Shown piece after piece: positions 17,086 to 28,105 of a DNA stretch of 64,000 bases; position 1 is the first letter of the stretch; each line of letters starts with the position of its first letter. The notes under the pieces are model-generated. The model had not been told where the DNA came from and did no database searches. It was given only the letters and a program-made list of their open reading frames with translations. The DNA is from Vicinamibacteria bacterium (lineage in GTDB: Bacteria > Acidobacteriota > Vicinamibacteria > Marinacidobacterales > Marinacidobacteraceae). The stretch lies in assembly GCA_965199715.1 (NCBI GenBank), contig OZ241322.1, positions 1,696,001 through 1,760,000 on the forward strand. The letters are read 5' to 3'. The position numbers were made by a program, and so were the translations under genes.

Positions 17086-19821
17086 ATGAGTGAGATTTCG
17101 GTTCCCTTTCGTTCGCGGACGCTCGGAAACGGCCTCCGGGTGCTCCTTCACGAGGATCGGCGGCTGCCGCTCGCGCACGTCGCGCTCTGGTACCACGTCG
17201 GTTCCAAGAACGAGCGGCCGTGGCGCACCGGCTTCGCCCACCTGTTCGAGCACCTCATGTTCGAGGGTTCGCGCCACAACAACCGGCACTTCATCCGTCT
17301 CATGGAGGAGGCGGGGGCGAGCCTGTCGTCGGGAGGAGTGAACGGGACGACGAGCCACGACCGCACGAACTACTACGAAACGCTGCCGAAGGAGGCGCTC
17401 GGGGTGGCTCTGTGGGCCGAATCGGACCGCATGGCGTACCTGCTCGACGTTCTCGACCAGCACCGGCTCGACACCCAGCGCGAGGTGGTCCGCAACGAGC
17501 GGTTCCAGCGCATGGACAACGTCCCCTACGGAACCGCGTGGGAGAAGATGTTCCACGCCCTCTACCCGTCCGGCCATCCGTATTCGTGGGACGTGATCGG
17601 CGACATGGGGCACCTCGAGGCCGCCACGCTCGCCGAGGTCCATGACTTCTTCCGCACGTTCTACGTGCCGAACAACGCGGTGCTCGTGGTCGCGGGCGAC
17701 TTCGCCGAGCGCCGCGCGCTGGATCTCGTCGAGCGGTACTTCGGCTCGATCCCCGGGGGACCCGCGCCCGGGCGCCCGGCGGTTCCCCCCGACCGGCTCG
17801 GAACGACCCGGATCGTGCGCGTGGAGGAGGAGGTGCCGCACGCCCGGCTCTACTGCGGCTGGAGCACTGTTCCCTTCTTCCACGAGGACCAGCCGGCGCT
17901 CGAGATGCTCTCGGACCTGCTCTCCGACGGGCTCAACTCGCGCTTGTACCGGCGGCTCGTGTACGAGGATCGGATCGCGTCCAACGTCGGGGCGTTCCAG
18001 TACTCGCTGGAGGCCGGCGGGATCGCGGGGGCGGTCGTCACGGCCCGGCCCGACGAGCCGCTGGACCGCATCCGGGAGACGATGGACGAGGAGATCGCCC
18101 GGTTCGCCCGAGAGGGGCCGACCGACGAGGAGCTCGCGAAGGTGAAGGCGTCGCTCCAGGTCGCCTTCGTGGACGCGATGGAGCATCTCGCCGGCAAGGC
18201 CGACCTTCTCGCGCGCTACGAGACCTTCGCCGGCGACGCCGGCAAGATCGGCGACCACTTCGACCAGTACCGGAAGGTCACGAAGGAGGACCTGCGGGAC
18301 GCCTGCGCGCGCTACCTGACCGAGCCCCGGGTGGAGCTGCTCTACGGCGAGGGGCGGGGCGACGTCCCCGCCGGCCAGCCGGCGCCTCCCGCCGGGTGGG
18401 CCGACCCGCCTGCGGGCGCGACCCCGTCCGGCGCGCTCGTTTTCGAGCCGGACCGGAGCCGCTCCCCCCGGAAGGGTCGGACCGGGGCCTTCGGCGCGCC
18501 GCTGCCCGAGGAGATGCGCCTGTCGAACGGTCTGCGCCTGCTGGTGCACCCCCGGCGCGACCTTCCCAAGCTGGAGGCGGTGCTGACGGTGCCCGGGGGG
18601 CGCGCGGACGAAAGCCGCGCCGAGGCGGGCCTCGCGTCCATGACCGCGAGCATGATGGGGCGGGGAACCGAGAGCCGGTCGGCCAGCCGGTTCGAGTCGG
18701 ACGCGGACCGGATCGGCGCCGGTCTCGGCTGCTCGTCGGGCGGCGAGGCGACCCACCTCGCGTTCTCGTGCCTCACCGAGCACCTCGACCCGACGCTCGA
18801 CCTCGTCGCGGACATGCTGCGGAACCCGGCGTTCCGAACCGAGGAGCTGGAGCGGCTGGTTCCGCTGCGGCTCGACGGCCTGCGCTCGGCGCGGGTCCGC
18901 CCGGACGCGATCGTGCGTCGGGTCGCCCGGCGGCTCGTCTTCTCCGACGAGCATCCCTACGGCTGGCGCGCCGGCGGCGACGAGGCCTCGCTCGGGAAGA
19001 TGCGACCAGAGGATCTGAAGCGGTTCCACGAGACCCGCTATCCGGCGGACGGCGCGGCGCTCGTGCTCTGCGGCGACGTCGAGCCCGAAGCGATGCGCGC
19101 GCTCACGGATGAGCGTTTCGGCGACTGGAGCCCCGGCGGTCGGAGCGGCGCTTGCCTCGCGCCGCCCGTCCCCGAGTCCGCCCGCGGGGTCTTTCTCCAC
19201 GCGACGACCGTGCCCGCGCCCCAAGCCATGGTGAGCTGGGCGCGGCCCGGCCCCCCCGGGGACGCGCCGGACCGGCTCGCGTTACGGATCGCGCTCCATG
19301 TTCTCGGCGGTGGGTTCTCGAGCCGGCTGAACCTGACGCTGCGCGAACGGATGGGGGCCACCTACGGGGCGTTCGCCCGGATCCGCCAGCACCGCGGCGC
19401 CGGCTTCCTCGCCGCTTCGACCGCCATTCACGTCGAAAAGGCGGCGGAAGCGATCCCGGCGCTGCTGCGCGAGATCGCCGACCTCGGCTCCGGGCGCCGG
19501 CGCATCCTCGCGAAGGAGCTGGACGACGCCCGCCGCGCGTTCCTCCGCAGCCACGTCCACCGCTTCGAGACCTGCGGCAGCATCGCCGGCGCGATCACGT
19601 CCTGCCACGACCGGGGCCGCCCGCTGGAGGAGCTGCGGAACTACCCCGAGCGGGTGGCGGCGGTGTCCCGGGAGGAAGTCGTCGCGGCGGCCGCCCGCTA
19701 CCTCGTCCCCGAGTCCGGGGCGCTCGTGATCGTCGGGAACGCCGAGCCGCTCGCGCCGGCGCTCGAGTCGCTGGGAGCGGTCGTCCGGGTGGACGCGGAA
19801 GGGGCCCCGGTCGAGGCCTAG
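17086..19821 (+). CDS. M16-family zinc peptidase (fused two-subunit type)
   Basis: WYHVGSKNE, GFAHLFEHLMF, NGTTSHDRTNYYE; second LSNGL module lacks HxxEH. Confidence 0.92.
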   Translation: MSEISVPFRSRTLGNGLRVLLHEDRRLPLAHVALWYHVGSKNERPWRTGFAHLFEHLMFEGSRHNNRHFIRLMEEAGASLSSGGVNGTTSHDRTNYYETLPKEALGVALWAESDRMAYLLDVLDQHRLDTQREVVRNERFQRMDNVPYGTAWEKMFHALYPSGHPYSWDVIGDMGHLEAATLAEVHDFFRTFYVPNNAVLVVAGDFAERRALDLVERYFGSIPGGPAPGRPAVPPDRLGTTRIVRVEEEVPHARLYCGWSTVPFFHEDQPALEMLSDLLSDGLNSRLYRRLVYEDRIASNVGAFQYSLEAGGIAGAVVTARPDEPLDRIRETMDEEIARFAREGPTDEELAKVKASLQVAFVDAMEHLAGKADLLARYETFAGDAGKIGDHFDQYRKVTKEDLRDACARYLTEPRVELLYGEGRGDVPAGQPAPPAGWADPPAGATPSGALVFEPDRSRSPRKGRTGAFGAPLPEEMRLSNGLRLLVHPRRDLPKLEAVLTVPGGRADESRAEAGLASMTASMMGRGTESRSASRFESDADRIGAGLGCSSGGEATHLAFSCLTEHLDPTLDLVADMLRNPAFRTEELERLVPLRLDGLRSARVRPDAIVRRVARRLVFSDEHPYGWRAGGDEASLGKMRPEDLKRFHETRYPADGAALVLCGDVEPEAMRALTDERFGDWSPGGRSGACLAPPVPESARGVFLHATTVPAPQAMVSWARPGPPGDAPDRLALRIALHVLGGGFSSRLNLTLRERMGATYGAFARIRQHRGAGFLAASTAIHVEKAAEAIPALLREIADLGSGRRRILAKELDDARRAFLRSHVHRFETCGSIAGAITSCHDRGRPLEELRNYPERVAAVSREEVVAAAARYLVPESGALVIVGNAEPLAPALESLGAVVRVDAEGAPVEA

Positions 19822-21242
19822 TCCCGGTTGCGGCCGAACAGCGTGCGCATGACCTCTGGGTCGGGCACCGGGAGCGGGTAGTTCCCCGAGAAGCAGGCGT
19901 CGCAGTAGCGATCCTGCTCGTGGTCCATCGCCTCCCACATCGCGTCGAGCGGCAGGTAGGCCAGGCTGTCCGCGTTCAGGTACTCCCGGATTTCCTCCAC
20001 GCTGTGCTTCGCGGCTATGAGCTCGGACTTGCTCGGGGTGTCGATGCCGTAGTGGCAGGGGCCGGTCGTCGGCGGCGACGAGACCCGGAAGTGGACTTCC
20101 GCGGCGCCGGCGTTCCGCGCCAACTGGACGAGCTTCCGGCTGGTCGTGCCGCGCACGATCGAGTCGTCGATGAGCACGACCCGCTTCCCCTCCATGATCC
20201 CGGGGACCGGGTTCAGCTTGATGCGCACGCCGAAATTGCGGATCGACTGGCTGGGCTCGATGAACGTGCGGCCCACGTAGTGGTTGCGGATGAGCCCGAA
20301 TTCCATGGGGATTCCGGCGGTCCGCGAGTAGCCGATCGCGGCGATGAGCCCCGAGTCGGGAACCGGGACCACGATGTCGGCCGGCACGCCGGTGTTGCGG
20401 GCGAGCGCGGCGCCGAGCGCGATGCGGGTCCGATAGACCTCGCGCCCGAAGACCCGGCTGTCGGGCCGGGCGAAGTAGATGTGCTCGAAGACGCACTGCG
20501 CGGGCGGGGCCGGCTCGAATACGCGGAAGCTCTCCACTCCCGCGTCGGTGATCCGCAGCAGCTCGCCCGCCTCGACGTCGCGGACGTACTCGGCGTCCAG
20601 CAGGTCGAGCGCGCAGGTCTCGGAGCAGACCACGTGCCCGTGGCCGGCCCGCGCCAGCACCAGCGGCCGGAACCCGCGCGGATCGCGGACGGCGTACAGC
20701 GCGTTCTTCGTGAGGAACAGCAGCGAGAACGCGCCCTCGGTCTGGCGGACGGCCTCGCACACCGCGTCGAACTCGTGGTCCTGGCCCGACTTGGCGAACA
20801 GATGCAGCAGCACCTCGGTGTCGCTCGTGGTCCGGAAGATGGATCCCCGGTCCACGAGCCGCCGCCGCAGCGTGTGGGCGTTCACGAGGTTCCCGTTGTG
20901 GCAGACCGCGATCTCGCCGAACTTGCACTCGATGTGGAGCGGCTGGATGTTCCGCGTGCTCGTGTCGCCCGCGGTCGAGTACCGGGTGTGGCCGATCGCG
21001 GCGCGTCCGGGGAGCGACTCCAGCGTCGCCCGGTCGAAGACGTCCGCCACGTAGCCGCTGCCGTTACGCCCGATCAACCCCTCGCCGTCGGGACGGACGG
21101 TGACGACGCCGGCAGCCTCCTGCCCCCGATGCTGCTGGGCGTAGAGCGCGAGATAGGCGCGGCGCGCCGCCTCCGGGCGGTTCCAGACCCCGACGACCGC
21201 GCACTCCTCGCGGAACCCGTCGGGCGGCGGGGGGAGGCTCAT
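19818..21242 (-). CDS. purF: Amidophosphoribosyltransferase
   Basis: REEC propeptide/Cys1, [28 protein letters not shown]. Confidence 0.97.
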   Translation of the reverse strand: MSLPPPPDGFREECAVVGVWNRPEAARRAYLALYAQQHRGQEAAGVVTVRPDGEGLIGRNGSGYVADVFDRATLESLPGRAAIGHTRYSTAGDTSTRNIQPLHIECKFGEIAVCHNGNLVNAHTLRRRLVDRGSIFRTTSDTEVLLHLFAKSGQDHEFDAVCEAVRQTEGAFSLLFLTKNALYAVRDPRGFRPLVLARAGHGHVVCSETCALDLLDAEYVRDVEAGELLRITDAGVESFRVFEPAPPAQCVFEHIYFARPDSRVFGREVYRTRIALGAALARNTGVPADIVVPVPDSGLIAAIGYSRTAGIPMEFGLIRNHYVGRTFIEPSQSIRNFGVRIKLNPVPGIMEGKRVVLIDDSIVRGTTSRKLVQLARNAGAAEVHFRVSSPPTTGPCHYGIDTPSKSELIAAKHSVEEIREYLNADSLAYLPLDAMWEAMDHEQDRYCDACFSGNYPLPVPDPEVMRTLFGRNRD

Positions 21243-23425
21243 GCCCCGGTGAGCCTACCGAGCCCGTTGCGGAAGCGCTCGGTCACCGTCGCGACGGGAA
21301 GCTCGATCGTCGCGGCCCCGTTCAGCCGCACGCGCAGCGAGTCGCCCCCGACCGTCCCGATCCGCAGCAGCGGAACCCCGGCGCGTTCCGCGAGCGCCAG
21401 GACTTCGTCGGCGCGCTTGTCGGGAACGCTCACCAGCGCCCGCGCCACGCCCTCGCCCCACAGGACGCCCTCGGCCCGGCCCGGGCACGCCAGATCGAGC
21501 GCCGCGCCGCGCCCGCCGAGGCTCTCGACCGCCTGCGCCAGCAGGCCGCCTTCCGAAAGATCCCGCGCCGAGGTCAGGACCCCGGCCGCCGAACGGAGGA
21601 AGGCGCCGAGGCGGATCTCGGCGGCGAGGTCGGGCTTCGGCGGCCGGCCGTCGGTGCGCCCGAAGCGCTCCTTCAGGTACGCGCTCGCGCCCATTGCGCC
21701 CGGATCCTCCGGCCCCGCGAGCAGGAGCGCGTCGCCGTCTCCGAAGCGCTGGCCGATGCGCTTCCCGGCGTCCTCGAGCGCGCCCACGACCCCGACCACC
21801 GGGGTCGGGAAAATCCCGGCGTCGTCGGTCTCGTTGTAAAGACTCACGTTGCCGCCGGTGATCGGGACTCCGAACGCTTGGAGCGCCTCGCTCATCCCGG
21901 CGATCGCCTCGGCGAACTGCCACATGATCTCGGGGCGCTCGGGGTTCGAGAAGTTGAGGCAGTTCGTCGCGCCGATGGGAATCGCCCCCACGGAGGCGAG
22001 GTTGCGGCAGGCTTCCGACACCGCGAGCGCCCCGCCGCGCCGGGGGTCCCGCGCCGTCCAGCGCCCGTTCCCGTCGAGCGTCATTGCGATCCCGAGGCGG
22101 GATCCCTTGATCCGGACCACGCCGGCGCTCCCACCGGGGCGGACCAGCGTGTCGCTGCGCACCATGTGGTCGTACTGCTCGTACACGAAGCGGCGGCTCG
22201 CGAGCTCGGCGCACCCGGCCATCCCGAGCGCCGCCTCGTTCCAGTCGGTCGGCTCGGGCAGGCTCGTCGCCGGGACCTCCGGCTCGGGCGGAAGCGCGCG
22301 GACCGGGCGGTCCAGCACCGGGGCGTCGTCGGTGAGCGCCCGGCAGGGGAGCTCCGCCGCGACCTTCCCGCCGTGGCGCGCCCGCAGCAGGCCGTCGCCG
22401 CTGACCCGCCCGATGGCGGCGGCGTCGAGGTCCCACTTGCGGAACACCCGCCGCACCTCGTCCTCGCGGCCCGGCCGGACCGCCATGAGCATCCGCTCCT
22501 GCGACTCGGAGAGCAGGATCTCGTAGGCGCTCATCCCCGACTCGCGCTGGGGCACCAGATCGAGGTCCACCTCGACTCCGGCGCCGCCCCGCGACGCCAT
22601 CTCGGCGGTGGAGCAGGTGATTCCGGCGGCCCCCATGTCCTGGACCCCGAGCAGCGCGTCGCCCCGCATGAGCTCGAGGCACGCCTCCATGAGCAGTTTC
22701 TCGAGGAAGGGGTCGCCGACCTGCACCGTGGGGCGCTTCGCCTCCGCCTCCTCGTCGAAGGACGCCGACGCCATGGACGCGCCGTGGATGCCGTCGCGGC
22801 CGGTCTTCGCGCCGACGCACCAGATCGGGCTTCCGGGAACGTCGGCGCGGGCGCGGAAGATGCGGTCGGCGGGCGCGACCCCGAGCGCGAAGGCGTTCAC
22901 CAGCGGGTTCAGCGAGTAGCAGTCCTCGAAGAAGACCTCCCCGCCGACGGTCGGGATCCCCATGCTGTTGCCGTAGTTCGCGATTCCGGCGACCGCCCCG
23001 GCGAACAGCGCCCGGTTCTTCGGGTTCTCGAGCGGCCCGAACCGCAGCGAGTTCATCAGGGCCACCGGCCGGGCGCCCATGGTGAACACGTCGCGCAGGA
23101 TGCCGCCCACGCCGGTCGCCGCCCCCTGGAAGGGTTCGATGAACGTGGGGTGGTTGTGCGACTCCACCTTGAACACGACGGCGAGCCCCTCGCCGAGGAG
23201 CGCCGCGCCGGCGTTCTCGCCCGGCCCCTCCAGCACTCTCGGCGACTCGGTCGGGAAGCGGGCGAGATGACGCTTCGACGACTTGTAGGAGCAGTGCTCC
23301 GACCACATCGCCGAGAACATGCCGAGCTCGTTCCCATTGGGCGCGCGGCCCAGCAGGCCGACGATGCGCTGGAATTCCTCCCGGGTGAGGCCCGAGGCGA
23401 GCGCCGCCTCGACGGTCGCGCTCAC
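21239..23425 (-). CDS. purL: Phosphoribosylformylglycinamidine synthase subunit L
   Basis: [43 protein letters not shown]. Confidence 0.97.
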   Translation of the reverse strand: MSATVEAALASGLTREEFQRIVGLLGRAPNGNELGMFSAMWSEHCSYKSSKRHLARFPTESPRVLEGPGENAGAALLGEGLAVVFKVESHNHPTFIEPFQGAATGVGGILRDVFTMGARPVALMNSLRFGPLENPKNRALFAGAVAGIANYGNSMGIPTVGGEVFFEDCYSLNPLVNAFALGVAPADRIFRARADVPGSPIWCVGAKTGRDGIHGASMASASFDEEAEAKRPTVQVGDPFLEKLLMEACLELMRGDALLGVQDMGAAGITCSTAEMASRGGAGVEVDLDLVPQRESGMSAYEILLSESQERMLMAVRPGREDEVRRVFRKWDLDAAAIGRVSGDGLLRARHGGKVAAELPCRALTDDAPVLDRPVRALPPEPEVPATSLPEPTDWNEAALGMAGCAELASRRFVYEQYDHMVRSDTLVRPGGSAGVVRIKGSRLGIAMTLDGNGRWTARDPRRGGALAVSEACRNLASVGAIPIGATNCLNFSNPERPEIMWQFAEAIAGMSEALQAFGVPITGGNVSLYNETDDAGIFPTPVVGVVGALEDAGKRIGQRFGDGDALLLAGPEDPGAMGASAYLKERFGRTDGRPPKPDLAAEIRLGAFLRSAAGVLTSARDLSEGGLLAQAVESLGGRGAALDLACPGRAEGVLWGEGVARALVSVPDKRADEVLALAERAGVPLLRIGTVGGDSLRVRLNGAATIELPVATVTERFRNGLGRLTGA

Positions 23426-24093
23426 GACTCGGCGTAGCGGACCATGCTCTCGAACAGGAGCCGCCCGTCGGTCCCGCCGAGATCCGCCTCGTAGGCGCGG
23501 TCCGGGTGCGGCATCATCGCCGCCACGTTCCCCCGTTCGTTGCGCACTCCGGCAATCCCGTCGCGCGAGCCGTTGGGGTTGGCTTCGTCGGCGATCTCGC
23601 CGGCCTCGTCGCAGTAGCGGAAGATCGCCCGAACCTCTTCCGCCGCCCGGAAATTGCCCTCGGCGTGGCCCACCGGCATCCGCAGCACCGTCCCCGGTGG
23701 GACGCCGCAGGTGAGCGGCGAGTCGGAGTCCTCGACCCGGATCCGCACGTCCCGGCAGACGTAGGCGAGCGACCGGTTCTTCAGCATCGCCCCCGGCAGG
23801 AGGCCCGCCTCCTGGAGGATCTGGAAGCCGTTGCAGATTCCGGCGACGGGCCGTCCCGACGCCGCCATCCGGACGAGCGGGGCCATCACCGGGGAGAAGC
23901 GGGCGAGGCTCCCGGCGCGCAGGTAATCGCCGTGGGCGAACCCGCCGGGGATCACCGCGGCGTCGAAGCCGTCGAGCGAGCCCTCCTGGTGCCAGACGAG
24001 CGCCGCGTCCCGCCCGGTGACGGCGCGGATCGCGTGCTGCACGTCGCCCTCGCAGTTCGTCCCGGGGAAGACCACGACCGCGAAGCGGGTCAT
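23422..24093 (-). CDS. purQ: FGAM synthase glutaminase subunit Q
   Basis: [36 protein letters not shown]. Confidence 0.96.
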   Translation of the reverse strand: MTRFAVVVFPGTNCEGDVQHAIRAVTGRDAALVWHQEGSLDGFDAAVIPGGFAHGDYLRAGSLARFSPVMAPLVRMAASGRPVAGICNGFQILQEAGLLPGAMLKNRSLAYVCRDVRIRVEDSDSPLTCGVPPGTVLRMPVGHAEGNFRAAEEVRAIFRYCDEAGEIADEANPNGSRDGIAGVRNERGNVAAMMPHPDRAYEADLGGTDGRLLFESMVRYAES

Positions 24094-24335
24094 TCCGACG
24101 GTTCCACGCTCCAGTCCTCGAGAACCGGGTTGGCGAGAACGTCCTGCGCGGTCGCCTCGGCGATCCGTCGCGCCTCTTCGGCCGAAGCGGCCTCGATCTC
24201 GATCTCGAACAGCTTGCCCTGGCGGATCGCGACGACGCTCGGCTCCCGGTGGGCGATGGCGCGGCGGATCGCCTCGCCCTGCGGGTCGTACACCGAGGGG
24301 CGAAGGCGGATCGCGACCCGGAACCGGAAGCTCAT
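24090..24335 (-). CDS. purS: FGAM synthase subunit S
   Basis: DPQGEA, RQGK, LANPVLE; lies between purB and purQ. Confidence 0.93.
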   Translation of the reverse strand: MSFRFRVAIRLRPSVYDPQGEAIRRAIAHREPSVVAIRQGKLFEIEIEAASAEEARRIAEATAQDVLANPVLEDWSVEPSE

Positions 24336-25630
24336 TCCGCGAACACCCGCTCGAAGATCGCGTCCAGATGACGAAGCTGCACGTCGAGATCGAACGCGGC
24401 GTCCAGCTCGTCGTCCCCGAGGAGCGCGGTGACCCGCTCGTCCTCGCCGAGCCGCTGGCGGAGCGAGCCGCCGTCGGACCACAGCTTCATGGCCGCTCCC
24501 TGCACCATGCCGTAGGCGTCCTCCCGCGAGACGCCCCGCGCCGCGAGGTCGAGCAGCACCTGGCCGCTGAAGACCATGCCGTTCATGCGCTCGAGGTTCG
24601 CGCGCATCGCGTCCTCCCGCACGACGAGCCGGTCGAGGACGCCGGTCATCCGCAGCAGGACGTGGTCGGCGAGCTGGAAGCTCTGGGGGATCGTCATCCG
24701 CTCCGCCGACGAGTGCGAGATGTCCCGCTCGTTCCACAGCGCGATGTTCTCGAACGCCGGCATGGCGTTCGCCCGAAGAATCCGCGCGAGGCCGCACACC
24801 TGTTCGCAGCCGACCGGGTTGCGCTTGTGCGGCATCGCCGAGGAGCCCTTCTGCCCCTTCCCGAACGGCTCCTCCAGCTCGCGGATTTCGGTCCGCTGGA
24901 GGTTGCGGATCTCGGTGGCGATCTTCTCGAGCGTCCCGCCGAGGATGGCGAGCGCGGCGGCGAGCTCGGCGTGGCGGTCGCGCTGGACCACCTGGGTGGA
25001 GATGGGGGCCGGTTCCAGCCCCAGCGCGTCGCAGACCCGCTGTTCCACCGAGGGCGGCAGCTTGGCGAAGGTTCCCACCGCGCCGCTCAGCTTCCCGACG
25101 CGCACGGCCTCCCGGGCCGCTTCGAGCCGGCGGCGGTTGCGCCCCATCTCCGCCCACCAGAGCGCGAGCTTCATCCCGAACGTCATCGGCTCGGCGTGGA
25201 CACCATGCGTCCGCCCAACCATGACGGTGCCCCGATGCTCGAAGGCGCGGCGCTTCAGGACGTCCCGGATCCGGTCCACCCGCTCGAGGATCAGGTCCGC
25301 CGAGCGGACCATGCGGGTCGCGAGCGCGGTATCGACGACGTCGGAGCTGGTGAGGCCGAAGTGGATCCAGCGCCCCTGCGGCCCCACGTGTTCGGCCATC
25401 GACTGCGTGAAGGCGACGACGTCGTGCTGGACGGTCTTCTCGATCTCGTGGATGCGGGCGACGTCGAACCCCGCTCGCTCTTGGATCGCCTCGGCCGCCG
25501 ACTCGGGGATCAGCCCCTCGGCGGCGGTGGCGACGGCGGCCGCCACCTCGACCTCCATCCACGACCCAAAGAGCGCCTCGTCGGTCCAGATGGCCCCCAT
25601 CTCGGGGCGGACGTACCGCCTCGTGAGCAT
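24332..25630 (-). CDS. purB: Adenylosuccinate lyase
   Basis: HFGLTSSD, GRTHGVHAEP, GSSAMPHKRNP, ERDISHSS. Confidence 0.97.
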   Translation of the reverse strand: MLTRRYVRPEMGAIWTDEALFGSWMEVEVAAAVATAAEGLIPESAAEAIQERAGFDVARIHEIEKTVQHDVVAFTQSMAEHVGPQGRWIHFGLTSSDVVDTALATRMVRSADLILERVDRIRDVLKRRAFEHRGTVMVGRTHGVHAEPMTFGMKLALWWAEMGRNRRRLEAAREAVRVGKLSGAVGTFAKLPPSVEQRVCDALGLEPAPISTQVVQRDRHAELAAALAILGGTLEKIATEIRNLQRTEIRELEEPFGKGQKGSSAMPHKRNPVGCEQVCGLARILRANAMPAFENIALWNERDISHSSAERMTIPQSFQLADHVLLRMTGVLDRLVVREDAMRANLERMNGMVFSGQVLLDLAARGVSREDAYGMVQGAAMKLWSDGGSLRQRLGEDERVTALLGDDELDAAFDLDVQLRHLDAIFERVFAE

Positions 25631-26436
25631 CAGGCGATCGCGAGGCGGGGCGCCTCGAACCGGGTCGCCACCTCGGGCGTGGGCTCGCCGCGGCGGGCGA
25701 CGAGGAGACGCACGTCGAACCGGCCGGCGGCCTCAAGCGCCTCCTGCGCGGTGCGCAACGCGAGTTCGGGCGAGTTGGTGTTCTGCGAGAGATGCGCCAG
25801 CACGACCGTGTGGACCGAGCGCGGCAAGCTGCGGCGCAGGTAGGCGGCGAGGGCGCCGTTCGAGAGGTGCCCGTATTCGGACGCGATCCGCAGTCGGGTG
25901 CTGAACGGATAGGGGCTCTCGTGGAGTTCCTGCTCGTCGTAGTTGGACTCGATGAGCAGGAGCGAGGCGTCCTCGATCGCGGCCGCCGTCTCCCGGTTGA
26001 CGTGCCCGATGTCGGTGACGAGGACCGCCCGCTCGCCCCGATGTTCGAAGCGAAAGCCCACCGGCTCCTCGGCGTCGTGCGGCGTCGGGAAGCAGACGGC
26101 CGTCAGCGCCCCGATGCGCAGCGGCTCGGTGGGGACGATCCGTGTCCAGGCGCAGTCGTCGCCGCCCATGCGGCGCCACGTGCCGGCCGTGGCGACGACC
26201 GGAGTCCCATGCCGCCGCGCGAACGGCAGCGCGCCCCGGCAGTGGTCGCCGTGCTCGTGCGATACGAACACCGCCCGGACCTCGGTGGGATCGCTTCCGG
26301 CGGCCCGGATCCGCGCCTCGATCGTGCTGCCGGCGAGGCCCGCCTCGACCAGCACGGTGGTCCCGCCGGCGGTCACGAGGCTCGCGTTCCCCGAGCTTCC
26401 GGAGCCGAGCACCCGCAATCTGACGCCGGTCATCAT
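25630..26436 (-). CDS. MBL-fold metallo-hydrolase (YycJ/WalJ-like)
   Basis: LGSGSSGNA, SHEHGDH, PHDA, ESNYD, GHLSN, AHLS..N. Confidence 0.9.
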   Translation of the reverse strand: MMTGVRLRVLGSGSSGNASLVTAGGTTVLVEAGLAGSTIEARIRAAGSDPTEVRAVFVSHEHGDHCRGALPFARRHGTPVVATAGTWRRMGGDDCAWTRIVPTEPLRIGALTAVCFPTPHDAEEPVGFRFEHRGERAVLVTDIGHVNRETAAAIEDASLLLIESNYDEQELHESPYPFSTRLRIASEYGHLSNGALAAYLRRSLPRSVHTVVLAHLSQNTNSPELALRTAQEALEAAGRFDVRLLVARRGEPTPEVATRFEAPRLAIA

Positions 26437-26521
26437 GGGGCGGGGAGAGTACCAGACGAACCCCAACATCTTGTGGTCCGTCCGCGGTCCCCCCACAACC
26501 CCTAGTGGGTAAGCTCGCCGC

Positions 26522-27580
26522 GTGGAAAACCTCTTCGGCCGGTCCCGGAGCGCGCTCGAGGCCCTCGCCGGCGAGCTGGAGCTGCCCGCCTTCCGGGGGC
26601 GGCAGATCTTCCGGCACCTGTACCGCCGGGGCGCATCCGGGTTCGACGGGATGACCGATCTGGGCAAGGAGCTGCGCGCCCGGCTCGCCGGGCGGTTCCG
26701 CATCGCGCACCCCGAAGTGGCCCGGCGGGAAGCGTCCGCCGACGGCAGCGAAAAGCTGCTCCTGCGGCTCGAGGACGGCCTTCTGGTCGAGACGGTGCGG
26801 ATACCGAGCCGCCGCTCGGAGGTCGGCGAGCGCTCCGGGCGTTCCGCCGATTCGGGCGATCTCACCGTGTGCGTCTCCACCCAGGTCGGCTGTCCGCTCG
26901 CGTGCACCTTCTGCCGCTCGGGGAGCGTGCAGTTCCGCCGCAACCTGACTCCCGGCGAGATCGCAGCCCAGGTGCTGCTTTCGGGCGGCGAGCCGGGCGG
27001 GCGGCGCAACGTCGTCTTCATGGGCATGGGGGAGCCGCTGCTGAACGTCGAGGGCGTGCTGGGGGCGCTGGAGCTTCTGACCGACAGCGAGGGCTTTGGG
27101 GTCCCGGCGCGGCGGATCACGGTCTCCACCGTCGGGCTGCCCGACGAGATCGCCCGCATCGGCCGGGCCGCGCCCCGAGTCGGGCTCGCGATCAGCCTCC
27201 ACGCGCCCGACGACGAGAGCCGGGTCCGATGGATGCCGATCGGCCGCCGTCACTCCATGGATGCCGTCTTCGCCGCGCTCGAGGCGCTCCCGCAGGATCC
27301 GCGGCGGCGGGTCACGATCGAGTACGTGCTGCTGGGCGGCGAGAACGACCGGGCTGCCGACGCCGGGATGCTGGTTCGGCGGCTCCGCCGGCTCGCGTTC
27401 CGCCCCATGGTCAACCTGATCGGGTTCAACCCGTGGCCCGGCGCGCCGCACCGCAGAGGATCCGAAGCGGACGCAGAACGCTTCCTGGGCGCGGTCGCCG
27501 CCGCCGGATTCGCGGCCACGCTCCGGCGCAGCCGCGGCGGCGACGTGAACGCCGCCTGCGGCCAGCTCGCGGCGGGTTGA
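26522..27580 (+). CDS. rlmN: 23S rRNA m2A2503 methyltransferase (radical SAM)
   Basis: CPLACTFC, FMGMGEP, SLHA, AACGQL. Confidence 0.93.
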   Translation: MENLFGRSRSALEALAGELELPAFRGRQIFRHLYRRGASGFDGMTDLGKELRARLAGRFRIAHPEVARREASADGSEKLLLRLEDGLLVETVRIPSRRSEVGERSGRSADSGDLTVCVSTQVGCPLACTFCRSGSVQFRRNLTPGEIAAQVLLSGGEPGGRRNVVFMGMGEPLLNVEGVLGALELLTDSEGFGVPARRITVSTVGLPDEIARIGRAAPRVGLAISLHAPDDESRVRWMPIGRRHSMDAVFAALEALPQDPRRRVTIEYVLLGGENDRAADAGMLVRRLRRLAFRPMVNLIGFNPWPGAPHRRGSEADAERFLGAVAAAGFAATLRRSRGGDVNAACGQLAAG

Positions 27581-27583
27581 GGA

Positions 27584-28081
27584 CTACTCGGCTTCGAGCG
27601 CGGCGGACGCCTCGGCCGCGGCCGCGGCCTTCGCCCGCCGCCACTCGAGGATCCGTTCGGCGACCGCCGGATCGCTCAGCGCGACGATCTGCGCCGCGTA
27701 GTGCGCGGCGTTCTGGGCGCCCGCCTTCCCGACTGCGACCGTGCCCACCGGGAATCCCGGCGGCATCTGGACCGTCGCGAGGAGCGCGTCGAGTCCCAGC
27801 AGCGACGCCGCGAGCGGAACCCCGATCACCGGCAGGATCGTCCGGGCGGCCATGGCCCCGGCGAGATGGGCGGCCATGCCCGCGCCGGCGATGATCGCGA
27901 CCACTCCGGCGTCGCGGGCTCCCTCGGCGAGCTCGGCGGCGCGTCCCGGGGTCCGGTGCGCCGAATAGACGCCCATCCGCGACGGGACGCCGAGCGAGTC
28001 GAGGACTTTCTTGGCCTCGCGCATCACGTCGGCGTCGGACGGACTCCCCATGACGATCAGGACCTTGGGGTCAGCACTCAT
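27584..28081 (-). CDS. purE: N5-CAIR mutase
   Basis: MGSPSD, SAHRTP, AGAGMAAHL, VQMPPG.PV. Confidence 0.96.
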   Translation of the reverse strand: MSADPKVLIVMGSPSDADVMREAKKVLDSLGVPSRMGVYSAHRTPGRAAELAEGARDAGVVAIIAGAGMAAHLAGAMAARTILPVIGVPLAASLLGLDALLATVQMPPGFPVGTVAVGKAGAQNAAHYAAQIVALSDPAVAERILEWRRAKAAAAAEASAALEAE

Positions 28082-28105
28082 TGGAACTCTTCCTTTCCGC
28101 GCGGG

